This document shows positions 1 through 13,029 of a DNA stretch of 64,000 nt, piece after piece. Under the pieces are notes generated by a model. It did no database searches and was not told where the DNA came from. It saw only the letters and a list, made by a program, of their open reading frames with translations. A program made the position numbers and the translations under genes. The stretch is from the human T2T-CHM13v2.0 reference genome, Homo sapiens, in the NCBI RefSeq assembly GCF_009914755.1, contig NC_060945.1. One strand, given 5' to 3'. Positions within the stretch are counted from its first letter, which is position 1, and each line of letters opens with the position of its first letter.

Positions 1-2008
1 GATTCTTATTTTGCTTGAATTGGGTTTTGCCATACTCTTGAATATTGATAATCTTAATTTCTATCCATATTCTGAATTATATTTCTGACATTTCAGCCAA
101 CTCGGCCTGGTTAAGAATCCTCTTTGGGGAACCAGTGTGATCATTTGGAGGACATAAGACACCCTGGCCATTTGAGTTGCTGGAGTTCTTGTGTTGGTTC
201 TTTCTCATGTCTACGTGTGGGTATTTCTTTGACTGCTGGGTTGCCTCTAATTAAAGTGGTCAGGCAGAGGAAGAGTGGTTGTGTTGGAGTCCCAGGCTCA
301 GCAGCCCTGCTCAGTGAGAAGTGAGGACCAGGACCTATGTGGAGCACAGTCTGGCCACTTTTCCATGAGGTGGGTGCTTTGTGCTGGGAGTCCAGATCAG
401 CCCCTGGTCCCCATGGCTCTCTGGAGCCTGAAGACAGCAAGGGCAAGGGCTGTGAGATGGAAAACATGGTAACCCATCTATATTAGTTCATTCTTGCACT
501 GCTTTAAAAAAGTACCTGAAACTGTGTAATTTATAAAGAAAACACATGTAATTGGCTCACGGTTCTGCAAGCTGTGCAGGTAGGATGGCTGGGCAGGCCT
601 CAGGAAACTTTCAATCATGGCAGAAGGTGAAGCGGAAGCAGGCATGTCTTACATGGCTGGAGAAGAAGGAATAGAGAGAAAGGGGAGGTGCTACACAGTG
701 TTAAATAAGTAGATCTTATGAGAACTCACTCACTATTACAAAAACAGCAAGGGGGAAGTCTGCCTCCATGATTCATTCTCCTCCCACCAGGCACCTCCTC
801 CAACACTGGGGATAACAGTTAGACACAAGAATTGGACAGGAACACAAATCCAAACTGTATCACCATCCCTCCCTCTGGGAGCTCTGTCTCAGGGAGTTGC
901 AGAGCTGATACTGGCTCTATAGCCCCAGCTGGGGAGTGGCAGGAAAGCCAAGCAGAGAGGACTTGCCCAGTGAGGAGACACAAAACTGGGGACCCATGTT
1001 ACAAATAGTCTGGCTGCTGCAATATCCTGGGGGGCCTCTCCAGTCCTTAGTCACCTCATATTTTCTAGCACCTGAAGGTATCCACAGTGAAGGCTGTAAA
1101 GCCACAAAGATGGTGGCCTTCCCCTCCCTCTGGGGGCTCCATCCCAGAGAGGTACATACCTGCTGTACCCCAAATGCACCTGCAGGAGCTAGTTAGAGAC
1201 CCCATTAGGGAGATCCCACCCAGTGAGGAAAAATGGGATCCGGGACCCAGGTGAAAAAGCAGTCTGTCTGCCTCTCTGTAGAGCTGCTGTGCTGGGGGAC
1301 TGCTCCAGTCTCTAGCTGCCTTGGACTCCCTAGAGCCCAAAGGCAACAATGGCTCTAGCTAAGGCTGTGAAACAGCAAATATGGCAGCCTGCCCCTTCCC
1401 CTGGGAGCCCCATCTCAGGGAGGTGTAATGCTGCTACCACCAGTGGCTGGCTGGAGTTAGAAGCCACTGGGTCTTATCCTGTGAGGGGCCTTGTAAGGGG
1501 GGCCTGCAGACCATAGCTGCTCAGCCCCCTGGATTCAGTTTGTTTCCTAGGAGTATGCGCAGGAGTCTAACTTCTCACTTTGCTGGAGTTGCAGCTGCTT
1601 TTTCTGGGAAGCCGAGATATTTAAAGCTCCTGGGGCTCCACGTGTGCCTGAACAGCTGCTCTGCCAAGACTCCACACAGCACTGCGTGTCAGACTGCAGA
1701 CCCTGGTGGAGTGTGTTCATAACGGAATCTCCTGACCTGAGGGTTGCAGAGAACCGTAGGAGAAGTGTGGGCCCCCAGGGTTGCTTACTCACTCACCATT
1801 TCCCTGGGCAGGCGAGGCTCCCCTGGCTCCGTGTGACTGTCAGGTGGGCAGTTGTCCTGTCTTCCCTCCATTCTCTGTGGGTTATTTTCTTGATGAATCC
1901 CATGTGTTTACAAGGATGTTGAAGGTGCTGTATTCACTTCCTCTTTCTATTTTTCTCCATGAGAGAAAGGCATACTAGCTGCTTCTAGCTGGCCACCTTG
2001 GCAAGTCT
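1..2008 (-). mobile_element. L1 (L1PB/L1PBa-like) 5'UTR and start of ORF1, antisense; interrupted by an MST LTR
   Basis: GC-richer block with three related units (GGCTGT-A..A-ATGG..CC..CCCTC/CTGGG at ~447, ~1092, ~1363). It ends in GGCCACCTTGG, resembling an L1 5' terminus read antisense. Bases 1-230 resemble antisense ORF1. Confidence 0.75.
479..862 (-). mobile_element. MSTA-like MaLR solo LTR
   Basis: Runs TATATTAGTTCATTCTTGCACTGCT...CAGGAAACTTTCAATCATGGCAGAAGGTGAAG...ACACAAATCCAAACTGTATCA. Perfect 5-bp TSD CCATC at 474-478 and 863-867. Confidence 0.92.
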
Positions 2009-2967
2009 CTTCTCTAAGTATTTTTACAGTATATATAATCTTTGTTTACTTTTAAAAGAGGACTCATATCTCAAATGCAGCTTCCTTTGATTATTGTGGA
2101 ATAAAGTAGAAAAAAAATGGAATGGAAAGGAGAAAAGGAGGAATAAATATATCTAAACATATAAGATATTTCTAAGCATTTTCTGATATATGCTATTATA
2201 CGTGTAACAATAGTTTCCCTACTTAAAAATAATTTTAAAAATTGGCTTTGATAAAAAGCACAGTAAAGTAATACTAGTAATCACTTCAAGAAATCTTCTT
2301 GGTCTTTTGTTTCCAATTTCTGATGTATGTGCATTTAATCCTCCAATATATACATAGAAATAAAGTGAATCAATGGATAAACTAATTATAATAAACAGGC
2401 ATGGGCATAGCCAAACATAATACTCTATCACTTCTCATTAAAAATATTCTAAGAGAAAACTTGAGATTTAAATATGTAAATAGTCACACTGATTGTTTTT
2501 TATTTTTAGGAAGTAAGCAAATCATATAGGCTACAAGGATAATAATGTTTAATTTAGGAGACAATGGCAGAGTTCCTCAAAAAGAACTGTAAAATATCAC
2601 ACAAAAACTATTTTTGGAAATTAATAAAAGATTATAATTTATGTGTAATAATCATAAATTCTTTTCCCCACATAGAATGCAGCACTGAAGATTTAAAGCA
2701 CGTAAACACCTTATCAGTAAATTCTTTATAATCAATATGAAGAGATATATTATACATAGAAAATAACCTAAAATTTAAGAATTGTTGAATTCTGTGGAGA
2801 ACTATAAAAATATAATGTGTTAATGTTAATAATAATTACCAAATTGTAGGTGCTTTTAAGATTCAGTGGAAGTAATGAACTGAACATGGTGCTAGATAGT
2901 TTTACACCAAAATGTTACATTAGTTAAGAGGAGAGAAGGATGTAAAAAATAATAATAATAAACATAG

Positions 2968-3280
2968 GGCTGGGCACAGTGGCTCACGCCTGTAATCCCA
3001 GCATTTTGGGAGGTCGAGGCGGGCAGACCACTTTAGGTCAGGACTTTGAGACCAGCCTGGCCAACATGACAAAACCCATCTCTACTAAAAATGCAAAAAT
3101 TAGCTGGTGGTGGTGGTGCATGCCTCTAATCCCAGCTACTCGGGAGGTGGGGTCAGTAGATTTGCTTTACCCAGGGGGCAGAGGTTGCAGTGTGCTGAGA
3201 CCATGCCATTGCATTCCAGCCTGGGCGACAGGGTGAGACTCCGTCTCAAAAATAAGTAAATAAAATAAAATAAAAATAAA
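2968..3280 (+). mobile_element. Alu (AluS-type), full length
   Basis: GGCTGGGCACAGTGGCTCACGCCTGTAATCCCAGC start, dimeric body, A-rich tail; AATAAACATA flanks both ends (TSD). Confidence 0.97.
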
Positions 3281-4089
3281 CATATTTTTGTGTCAGACAG
3301 CTTTATATATGATGAAGAGAATATTTTTGCCTAAACAAATTGTATATGGCAGTCATAAGAGACACATATAAAGATTTAGCCTAGGGAGTATTTGAAAAGG
3401 ACCTGGGACAAAAATCTTAAAATCAGGGAAGTAAATGAAAAGTTAATAAATTACTCTTGGATAAAAAAAATTATGTATTTTTATAAGTCTGAGCCTAAAG
3501 CTCTACTTTCCTAAAAAGCTGGGAATTAAAATCATCCACTGAACAGACTCAGTCTTCCTGTTTACGAATGAAAGTGAGTGATATAACCTGAATGGCACTT
3601 TGTTGGACAATCTTAAATAAGTTATTACCTGTTCTGGGATTTTAAAAGTCCAATTAAGCTGTTTCTTTCCAGCAAGCAACCAAGCTTTAAGCTAAAGCCT
3701 AGTATTTTCTCAGTAGGGTTAATGAAGAAGCTCTTAAATAAAACAAGCTCCTCAATAATCCCTGCTGGCTTTTAATGCTTCATCTTGATGCTAAATTAGT
3801 TCCAGTAGCATAATTCTTTTAGCTCTTGGTCGTTTGGCTCACATCAAGCCTCTTGCCATAAACTCTTGAAAACATAGGATTTTATTTAAACAATTCTTCA
3901 AATTTTCTGAGTTGATATTGGCCTAATTTGAAATCCATAGCCCATTAGACTAACATCTGAATGGCAGTGTTGTTATAAATTCGTATACCCCCTATTTTGA
4001 GAGCCATAGTATAAGATAAATTTCTAAATATTAAAAAAGAAGCCTTATAGTCTAAATTGTCAGGTTATGTTTAATATGTAAATATTAGG

Positions 4090-4291
4090 AGCTGTTTATG
4101 TACAACTGTGGGTTTCCAATTTTAGTATATATCAGCATTATCTGGTGGGTTGTTAAACACAGGTTGCTAAGCCTCAAACACAAAGCTTGTGATTTAGTGA
4201 GTTTGGAATAGAGTTCCAAAAGTTACATCACTAGAAAGTTCTCAGGCAAAACTAATGCTAGTGGTGTGGAGAATACACTTTGAGAACCACT
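4090..4291. mobile_element. MER5A-like hAT MITE
   Basis: Characteristic end CTAATGCTAGTGGT...ACACTTTGAGAACCACT. Confidence 0.7.
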
Positions 4292-4304
4292 ACTTTAAAA
4301 TATT

Positions 4305-4493
4305 TTGACTCTATTAGTGTTGGGATGTTAAGACAGACACTTGATATCTCTGAGACTCAGTTTCCACTTATTGAGGTATTAAAAGTATTAAAAGTAATGA
4401 GGTATCAAAACATTGCTTTGATAAGTATGAGACAATATGTAAATGATTCAGCAGGGATTCTGCACATAGTTGATAATTTGCCAATATTAACTG
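4305..4493 (+). mobile_element. MIR fragment
   Basis: Core-like CACTTGATATCTCTGAGACTCAGTTTCC...TGAGACAATATGTAAA...GCACATAGT. Confidence 0.65.
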
Positions 4494-4941
4494 CCACTCT
4501 TTCCCTCTCTAAAGTTCACCGTTACATAGTGCCTAGCCAAACTTGTAAAACCAACAGAAGCAATGCATTTTAAATAGTCTTAAATGTTCCTTCTGGAGGA
4601 ATGGGAAGAAAGATGTCTTCAATCAATGCAGAGGTAGAGATTGGCCTGAGAAGGAAACAGATAAAGCTTAGTACTTTCTAACTGTGGGGATGATCAACCC
4701 ATGTCAGTGTCATCTTGTTCCTCATCAGTCCTGATACTAAGACATGTCCAAAAGCAAAAACAAACAATAAAAAAAAAAACACTGGGAAGAAGAACAGTCT
4801 ACGTCAGTTACTACTGTCTATTGCAAATTCCAGAAAGCACAACAAAAAACCAGCTTAAACAGATTAAATTTTACTCATCATACATAACATGGCCAGGCAT
4901 ATACTATTTTCTCTAGTTCTCTCACTTGGCATTCTGCATAG

Positions 4942-7614
4942 CAGTGGTCTCCAACATTTGTGGTACTAGGAACTGATTTTGTAGAATGCAATTTTTCCGC
5001 AGACTGCAGTGGGGTGGGATCGGATGGTTTCAGGATGATTCAAGCACATAAGATTTATCATGCACTTTATTTCTATTATTATTACATTGTAATATAGAAA
5101 GAAAGAATAATACAACTCACCATAATGTAGCATCAGTGGAAGCCCTGAGCTTGTTTTCCTGCAACTAGATGGTTCCATCTGGGGATGATCAGAGACAGTG
5201 ACACTGGAAGTGTGTTGCTTATGTCCAATCTACTTCATAATCTCCTTTTGGTTGCTGTCACTAAAGAAAACCATGATTCACATAGATAGGATATTGGAAA
5301 TGGAAGCAGAATTTTCAGTGATTTTTGTGGCAGTCTCAGGATATTCTACACTGACTTTAATTCAGAACGTATGGAGATTTGAAGTTGTCTCAAACATACT
5401 TTTAAGGCCACTGTTATTTGTGATTTCAAGCAGTTGCTCTTCTCCTACGACGAACAAAGATAATTGACCTGGCTTATTTAAAAATGGGTAGCAGATCAAT
5501 TCCTTCCCAGTTCAGAGGCCTTTTTTGCTGGGAAGTAATGCTCAAACTCTTATGAAAGCTGAGAGTGGTGATCATGTACCAGCTAAGAGAAAGAGCCCCT
5601 GGCTCAGTCTCTTTCAAAATGGCTGCTGTTTGAATCATGTCAAAAACCCCAATGTCCTGTCATAGCCCCCATAATTCCAATTTGGTTTTGAATGCAACTA
5701 TTTTTATCTGGCGACTTGAACACAGTTGTTGTTCCACCCTGAAGTGACATAATGAGTTCTTTGAGCAGGTCAAACAAGTAAGCAAGTTTTGCAACCCATT
5801 CTGTGTCACTGAAATGTTCTGCCAATTGTAACTGTTTTTCTAAAAGAAATCTCTAGAGCACCTCTCAAGACTCAAAAACTCTGACCAGTGATCTACATTT
5901 AGAAAGGCATCTCACTACTATGTATAAGAGAAGATGTTTGTGCTCTGTGTCCATCTCACAGAGCTGTGCAAACAGACATGAGTTAAGGACATGTACTTTA
6001 ATGTGGTTGACAACTGAAAAGCACTGTTAAGTTCAGGTGAATTGTTTTGGCTAGCCAGCATTTCTCTATGGATGACACAGTGCATAGACTCGCATTCAGA
6101 AGTGACCGCTTTGACCTGAGTATTGAAATCAGAAAGCTGTCCAGTCATGGCAGCTGCTCCGTGTGTGGGCACATACTGACACAAAATGACCAGTTCAGTT
6201 TTTCTGAGATGTAATCATTAAAAGACTTGAATAGTTTTGCAACTGTGGTGTTGGTTGGCAACAAAAGTGGTTGTAACATATCCTCATGCACATCCTCCTG
6301 AAAAATATATCCCAGAAAACAAGCACTGTTGCTTTGTAGTTGACATTAGTAGACTCATCAACCTGGATTGCATACAACGGTAACACATTAATCCTAACAA
6401 TTGTGCCCAATATCCTCTGCTATTTCATCAATTTGTCTAGTTATGGTGCTAGCCAAAAGAGAAACATGTGCTGCCCTTTGAACTGCAGCCTCTCCTAAAA
6501 GTTCATGACAAATGTCCTAAGCATCAGGCAGGGTCAATTCTTCATCTTACAAAAGAGCTTCTTAGCTTTAGCAATGTGGTTAGCCACTTACAATAATGTT
6601 CTCAATGCAGACACATTCGATGAAGTGGTAGCCTTCAATAATTGGTTCTTTTCATGTTCACGTTTTTTTTTTCTTTTGAAAAAACTTCAAAGGCTTGTCT
6701 TTTAATGTGGGGTGCTTTGTCTCCACGTAGTGAAGCAATTTTGAAGGTTTCATTACTTCGTTAGATAACCGGTGGCCACATGTTATACAAAGCAGACTTG
6801 GAGAATGTGAATCACTTGTTACAATGAACTCATAATTTAAGTATGATTCTTGGTATTTTCTTTTAAAGGAAGCTTTCTTTTTGTTTTCAGTCTTAGAGTA
6901 TTCTGCTTTCTCATCACTGGGTCTTTCCCCCTTTTCATAAAAGCTCTCCAGTGAAATTGTTTTTTACTCATTTTGGCTAGGATTAGCTTCTGGGCTTAAT
7001 CAAAACTGTGACTGAGACAAGTGTGCAGTGTAGGAAAGAGTCAAGAATGGAAGTAGTAAATAAAATAATGGGTAGGCCACATGTGGACTAAAATAAGTGT
7101 CAGATTCGGACTTAAAGCCTGCCATCAGATACAGCTATACAAATGAAGTACATCAACTCACTTGCCACTATAAAGCCTGCCACCAGATGCAGCTTAATTG
7201 TCGCTTGCCTCTCAATAAGATTTTAATATGAGACTGCAAGTAATTGATTTATTATGGTCTATGTGCAGTCAAACCTCTCTGATAATGTTAATCTGTATTT
7301 GTAGCCACTCCCCAGTGCTAGCATCACCGTCTCAGATCATCAGGCATTAGATTTTCATAAGAAACATGCAACCTGGATCCCTTGCATGGGCTTAACCAAA
7401 ATTCACAATAGGGTTCGTGCTCCTACGAGAATCTAATGTTGCCACTGATCTAACAAGAGGCAGAGCTCAGGTGGTAATGCAAGCAATGGGGAGCAGCTGT
7501 AAATACACATGAAATTTCACTTGCTCCTCTGCTGCTCACCTCCTGCTGTGTGGCCAGTTCCTACTCACCTTCTGGCAGGCAGCCCAGTCCTTGGCCTGGG
7601 GTTAGGGACTCCTA
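4942..7614 (-). mobile_element. Charlie3 (autonomous MER1 family) hAT DNA transposon, near full length (~2.67 kb)
   Basis: TIRs CAGTGGTCTCCAAC (4942) and GTTAGGGACTCCTA (ends 7614). MER1-type subterminal sequence (CATTAGATTTTCATAAG, GAGAATCTAATG). Internal transposase. Degenerate 8-bp TSD CTGCATAG/CAATATAG. Confidence 0.9.
5133..6971 (-). pseudogene. Decayed hAT (Buster/Charlie) transposase, frameshifted
   Basis: Minus-strand pieces in the expected order: BED finger LLCITCGHRLSNEVMKPSKLLHYVETKHP, YAIQVDESTNV, THGAAAMTG, HCVIHREMLAS, LAYLFDLLKELIMSLQG, LLPFPISYLCESWFS, C-terminal KQAQGFH-stop. Confidence 0.9.
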
Positions 7615-7719
7615 CAATATAGTTCTCTCCCCCGGCTTCAAAATAACTGCCACATCTCAGGTAGCATGTCCGTGCATCATGCAGAAAGAAGGCAGGAGAG
7701 AAAGGGTGAGCAATTTTCT

Positions 7720-8093
7720 CTTAATTTATCTATGCTTTTTGTTTTTAATTTCAATGGGCTTTTGGGGAACAGGTAGTGTTTTGTTACATGAGTAAGTTCT
7801 TCAGTGATGATTTCTGAGATTTTGGTGCACATATGACCTGAGCAGTGTACACTGTTCCAAATGTGTAGTCTTTTATCCCTCTCCTCTATCCTTCCCCTAA
7901 AGTCCCCAAAGTCCATTGTATCATTCTTATGCCTTTGCATCCTTGTAGCTTAGCTCCCACTTATAAGTGAGAACATACAATGTTTCATTTACCATTCCTG
8001 AGTTACTTCACTTAGAATGATGGTCTTCAGATCCATCCAGGTTGCTGCAAATGCCATTATTTCATTCCTTTTTATGGCTGAGTAGTATTCCAT

Positions 8094-8142
<49 letters not shown>

Positions 8143-8462
8143 TCTTTCTTTCTTTTCTCATTGATTGATGGGCATTTAGGCTGATTCCATATTTTTGCAA
8201 TTGCAAATTGTGCTGCTAGGAAAATGCATGTGCAAGTGTCTTTTTCATACAAGGACTTCTTTTCCTCTAGGTAGATACCCAGTAGTGGGATTGCTGGATC
8301 AAATAGTAGATCTACTTTAGTTCTTTAAGGAGTCTGAATACTGTTTTCCATAGTAGTTGTACTAGTTTATATTCCAACTAGCAGTGTAAAAGTGTTCCCT
8401 TTTTACCACATCCATACCAACATCTATATATTTTTTGGTTTGTTAATTATGGCTATTCTTGC
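7720..8462 (-). mobile_element. L1PB1-like 3' end, 5'-truncated
   Basis: Diagnostic TTTTGGGGAACAGGTAGTGTTTTGTTACATGAGTAAGTTCTTCAGTGATGATTTCTGAGATTTTGGTGCAC. ORF 7989-8252 is the ORF2p C-terminus (WNQPKCPS...MEYYSAIKRNEIMAFAATWMDL). Confidence 0.9.
8095..8138. repeat. (GT)22 microsatellite inside the L1
   Basis: Direct count. Confidence 0.97.
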
Positions 8463-8847
8463 TTTTGAATTGAGGAAGGAAGGGATGGTTGTGTAGGTGA
8501 ATTGCATAGCTAATTCACAGTGCACAGCACAGGAATTTTCAAGGACAAAAACAATTTTCTGGGAAAACTTCAGAAAATATTTTTTCTTTTAAGCACTGGA
8601 TGCTGACAGAGAATGACTGGGTTAAGTGTTGGATGTCAATGTCTAATCAGATGTGATGTTTAATAGTAGAAAAGAGCATGAAAAAGACTGTCAATTTCTA
8701 TCTCATTAAAAAAACCAAATAATGGGCACTTTAAAACATAAAATATCCAATGGAAATCAGATGTAGAATGCCTTTAAAATCCAAAAGCTAAAGTCACTTG
8801 ACTTTCAAAGGCAGCCATAACATTAAAAAAATGCCTAAAATACAGGC

Positions 8848-8850
<3 letters not shown>

Positions 8851-8888
<38 letters not shown>
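8851..8888. repeat. (GT)19 microsatellite
   Basis: Direct count. Confidence 0.97.
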
Positions 8889-8890
<2 letters not shown>

Positions 8891-10849
8891 ATGTTTAACA
8901 TCTATATATGCTAAATTGAAACAAAGATAGATAAATAACAATAAATTATTACATTAATAATTGGGATTTTTAAAGAAGGTTTAGAGATATTCCTTTAAAT
9001 GTTACATTACACTATACATTTTTAGACTTAAATGACTTGTACAGGAAAATGTTTATAGTCAGCCTGATATTCAAAAGTAATAATAATTTGCTATATTTTT
9101 TATAAACAAAATACATATTTTAGGATAATTTTATTGGAAAAAGAATTTTATTAATTTTCTTTCCTATGATACTGCCATATCTTCTTATTTTAATGTCCAT
9201 TAATATTAAAAATTAACTCCTTATTTTGTGACACCCAGAAAATTACTGCAATGAAAAATAAAATACAGCTTGCATTGCAGCAAATGAGTATCTCATTATG
9301 TCCATTGGTAGACCAATTAATAACAATTTTAAATGAATAATGTTATTATCTAATCATGAGTTTTATTACAGAATTCTTTTAGAATAGATACATGTCTTCT
9401 GGGCTTGGTTATGTGAAGATAGAAGTATGCACATTTATTATTGTTGTAAGTCTTTTAAAACAACATTTTTGTGATATTAGCTATATTAAACAGTTATACA
9501 GAGGATATCATAATGACGCTAAGTTTAAACTAAACTATTGCAAATAAATATTATTCACAACAGCTCTAATAATTAACTGTCAGCCCCTTATAAACAGTCA
9601 TAAATTTTCTTTTCTATTTAAGGATTTACTTATCTTACATAAATAGGGTTTACTTGTCTTACATATCCATTTAAAAGTTAGAATATCAAAGCGAGTTTCC
9701 TGGAAGTCTTATCATATGAATAATTGCATAGTCTCTTAAATGTTATGAATATCCATCTACAAATACTGTAGACTATAGAGATCATGATTTTCTCTAAGTA
9801 TTTTTATGGTAAAATAGAAATGAAAAGGAATTCTCTGTCAAAATGAACATAAAAGCAGTTAATTAAGGAGTAGGTGATAATGATTCACCTTATAATTCTA
9901 TTTTATATTAGATTTCTTCATATGATTAATTATCTTCTTTATATGTAAGTCTATATTCTAGAAGCTACAAAGCCATGTTAATGTAAACATAATTAAAATT
10001 TTATTTCTATAATTCAACACAGGCTTCATAAATAATTTTGTAATGTGAAGAAAATTAATGCCATGTAAGTTAATAATTACCTAAATCTGTTCTTCACTAG
10101 AGCTCTTGAGCTAATTTTTTCACTAAACTTCTTCTCCCCTCTGGCCTCTAGAAAACTAAGGCCAAATTCCTAACAACAACAGAAACTAAATCAGTTTCCT
10201 TTGGATGAAGAACTCCGTTATCCAGTGCTTTTAATGATCAGTGTTGAGGTTTGCTGCAGAGATTCTGTGCTTTGGTCCCATGTTGAGAACATTCTCCTTG
10301 TCACAATATTTGTCTTTCTGTTCTGGTCTCCTATTTTAGTCCTGTAGTCAGCTAAGACTTGCAGACTCCAGACTCTTAACCTTTACATGTAACATTTATT
10401 TTCTGGGTGTTTCTTGCTTTGTTTATTTTTCTTTCATTTGTTTTTGTTGTTGAATCATAATTACTACTCACGTGACAGACATAGACTTTTCTTCTTACTT
10501 ATCCAGGGTTAATGTTGGATTCAATGTGATATATCTTCATAATTTACTTGCCCACCTAAAGAACATCTTTCACAAACATTTCTATTAAAAAAACAATTCT
10601 TCGTCTCTTCCTGTATGATCACTGCTGTTCTGTACGTTCCCATTACTTAAAACTTAGCAGCAATTTGCCTTTAAAAAAATTTTTTTAACTAGGCTTTCCT
10701 CTAAATCTAGCACTTCAGATATCTTCTTTACCAGGAAGAGAGCTCACTCAGAGCACTAGTGCTAACTGCTCAGCTGTCAATACAGCCCATTCATGGGAAC
10801 CAGCTATATTCATGCTTTCATCATGTCCTGTGTATGTTTCAACACAATC

Positions 10850-11180
10850 TATTCATTTAATAATGTGTGTATATGTGCATGTGTGTGCATAAACACACCA
10901 ACTGTATGTCAGAAACTGTTCTGGGGACCAGCAGCACAAAGATAAAATGGGAAAATCTCTTCTTTTGTGGACTTCACAGCACAGTGTGGGTGAGAAACTC
11001 ACAAGCAGGTAACAAATCAGGTTAAATAATGAGATAGTTCAAGTCTGAAAAGGGGATGTATACTTAGTAGAGTGGTAAAAGAAGACCCCCTTGGAAAGGT
11101 GCATTAGAGCAGCTAACTGAGATTAGAGAATAAGCATTGTTGATATCTACAGCAAGAACATTCTGAGTAAATAAAGAACA
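10850..11180 (-). mobile_element. L2 3' fragment
   Basis: ATTCATTTAATAA...ACTGTATGTCAGAAACTGTTCTGGGGAC...CTTTTGTGGACTTCACAG, the typical antisense L2 3' pattern. Confidence 0.6.
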
Positions 11181-11184
11181 ACTT

Positions 11185-11525
11185 GGCCTGGCATGGTGGC
11201 TCGTGTGTGTAATCCCAGCACTTAGGGAGGCTGAGGTGAGCAGATTCCTTGAGCTCAGGAGTTTGAGACCAGCCTAAGCGACATGGTAAAATCTCATCTC
11301 TATGAAAAAATAAAATAAAATAACACCACCAACAACAAAAAACAAATATAAAATAAAAAATTAGGTGAGCATGGTGGTGCACAACAATAGTCCCAGCTAC
11401 TGGGCAGGCTGAGGTGAGAGGATTGCTTGAGCTCTGTAGGTTGAGGCTACAGTGAGCTACAATCATGCCACTGCACTCCAGACCTAGTGACAGAGCAAGA
11501 CCCTATCACTAAAAATAAATTAATA
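11185..11525 (+). mobile_element. AluJ with expanded central A-rich linker
   Basis: J-type diagnostics TTGAGCTCAGGAGTTTGAGACC and GAGAGGATTGCTTGAGC; linker ~55 bp. Confidence 0.95.
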
Positions 11526-11571
11526 AATACAATTTAAACATAAAGTATTTTTATGGGAGGATCAGTTTTCA

Positions 11572-11800
11572 TATCAATTAGAAAAACTCAGGGTACCAAT
11601 GGCTCAAAACAAAACAGAACCCAGAAACTCTCAGTAGCTCAAAGCAGTACAGTGTATTTTTTGCTCACATCACATGCCCATTGTGGGTTAGCACAGGGTG
11701 TTACTCGTTGTTATGGCTTTGGAACTCAGGCTACCAAAGCTTTATCCCAACACTGGCTTCCACCATCACAGAAGCTGAGAAAAAAGTAAATGGGAATTCC
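11572..11800 (-). mobile_element. Ancient ERVL/MaLR LTR fragment (LTR33/MLT1-like)
   Basis: AAACTCTCAGTAGCTCAAAGCAGTACAGTGTATTTTTTGCTCACATCACATGCCCATTGTGGGTTAGC. Confidence 0.5.
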
Positions 11801-13029
11801 TACACTGATCGATAAAGCACCTTTTGATCACTTGGGGTGACATTTCATTGCTTATTCCACAGAGCAGTTTTGAGTGCAGGACTGGACACAACATAGTCAA
11901 TAGAGGTGAATAATAATAGTTTAATGCTTATGTGTTCAGAAGTTAAACATGTCATTACAGCTTGTCACATATTTATGCTAACCTAACAAAGTCCGAATGT
12001 AATTTACAAATGGGAAGGATATAAAGAAAATCATAAAGCCATAAACTCATAAAGCCAAGGTGGAAGGAACAATTTTGAGTTTTATTCACCAGGAAAGAAA
12101 ATGCAATATTGCGAATTGTAACTTACATCAATAGATCAACATAACAAACTTTTCAATCATGTAATTTATATTTTACCTTTGTCAGTCCCTTATTTGTTTA
12201 TATAAAATTAGTTTTAATATGTAAGGCATTTTTCAATTTTCTCATAATTGCAACTTTCAGGCAAAGTTGTGTTTACATCAGCAGCTATGGAATTGCTATA
12301 CGTTGAAGAGAACTAAGTGTTTTTCAGCAAGCTATTGGATTTGTGTACGGGAGCTCAGATTTTATTTTAAAAGATGATGTGGTCTTTTTTTCCAGTTTGT
12401 AATAGAATTTCATTAAGCTACTTTTATTGTTGTTTCTTTTTGCTTCTATATAATTCCCTTCAGTCTCAATAAGCCTTACCTATGAGTGTGCTTGAGAGAG
12501 CAGGTGGTGTTTCAAGAGAGACTGGGGCTGGGTTTGCTAATCATGAGAAAAGAGATGGATTTAGATATTTCATTTTTCTTCTCTGATGCAATCCATTTTA
12601 ATAGAAAGACATGATTTTATAAAGCTGAGTTTGGGTTGTATTTATATAAACACACCTGTCACAATTAGCCACATACATAATTTCCCTGTTTTGTATTATT
12701 CAGAAAAATACTACATGTAGTTAATTCTGCTTTAAATTTTTTTAAAAAGAAAAAAATACTATTATTATCCTGCTAAGAGATGAACTGAAAGTAGATGCAC
12801 AGTGTATTTGACAGTCTCTGCTCTAGAAAAATCAGTTTTAATGCAAAAAAGCATGATCTCCCTCTGACATTTGGAAAAAAACTGGTTATTCAATCTGGTT
12901 ACTAATAAAATGTGTGTTTCTTTCATTTGTATTAGGCTTATCAGTATAAATAAAATAAAAGCTACATGGTTAAATGTGATTTCAAATTGTGATAACTAAG
13001 ACTATATATACATATATTTGTGTTGGTAT

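Larger units (their letters stand above)
4803..8530 (-). mobile_element. Possible ancient ERVL/MaLR LTR split into three pieces (4803-4941, 7615-7720, 8464-8530) by later insertions
   Basis: LTR-like motifs CAGCTTAAACAGATTAAATTTTACTC, AAAATAACTGCCACATCTCAGGTAGCATGTC and terminal ...CAGTGCACAGCACA; highly diverged. Confidence 0.35.
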
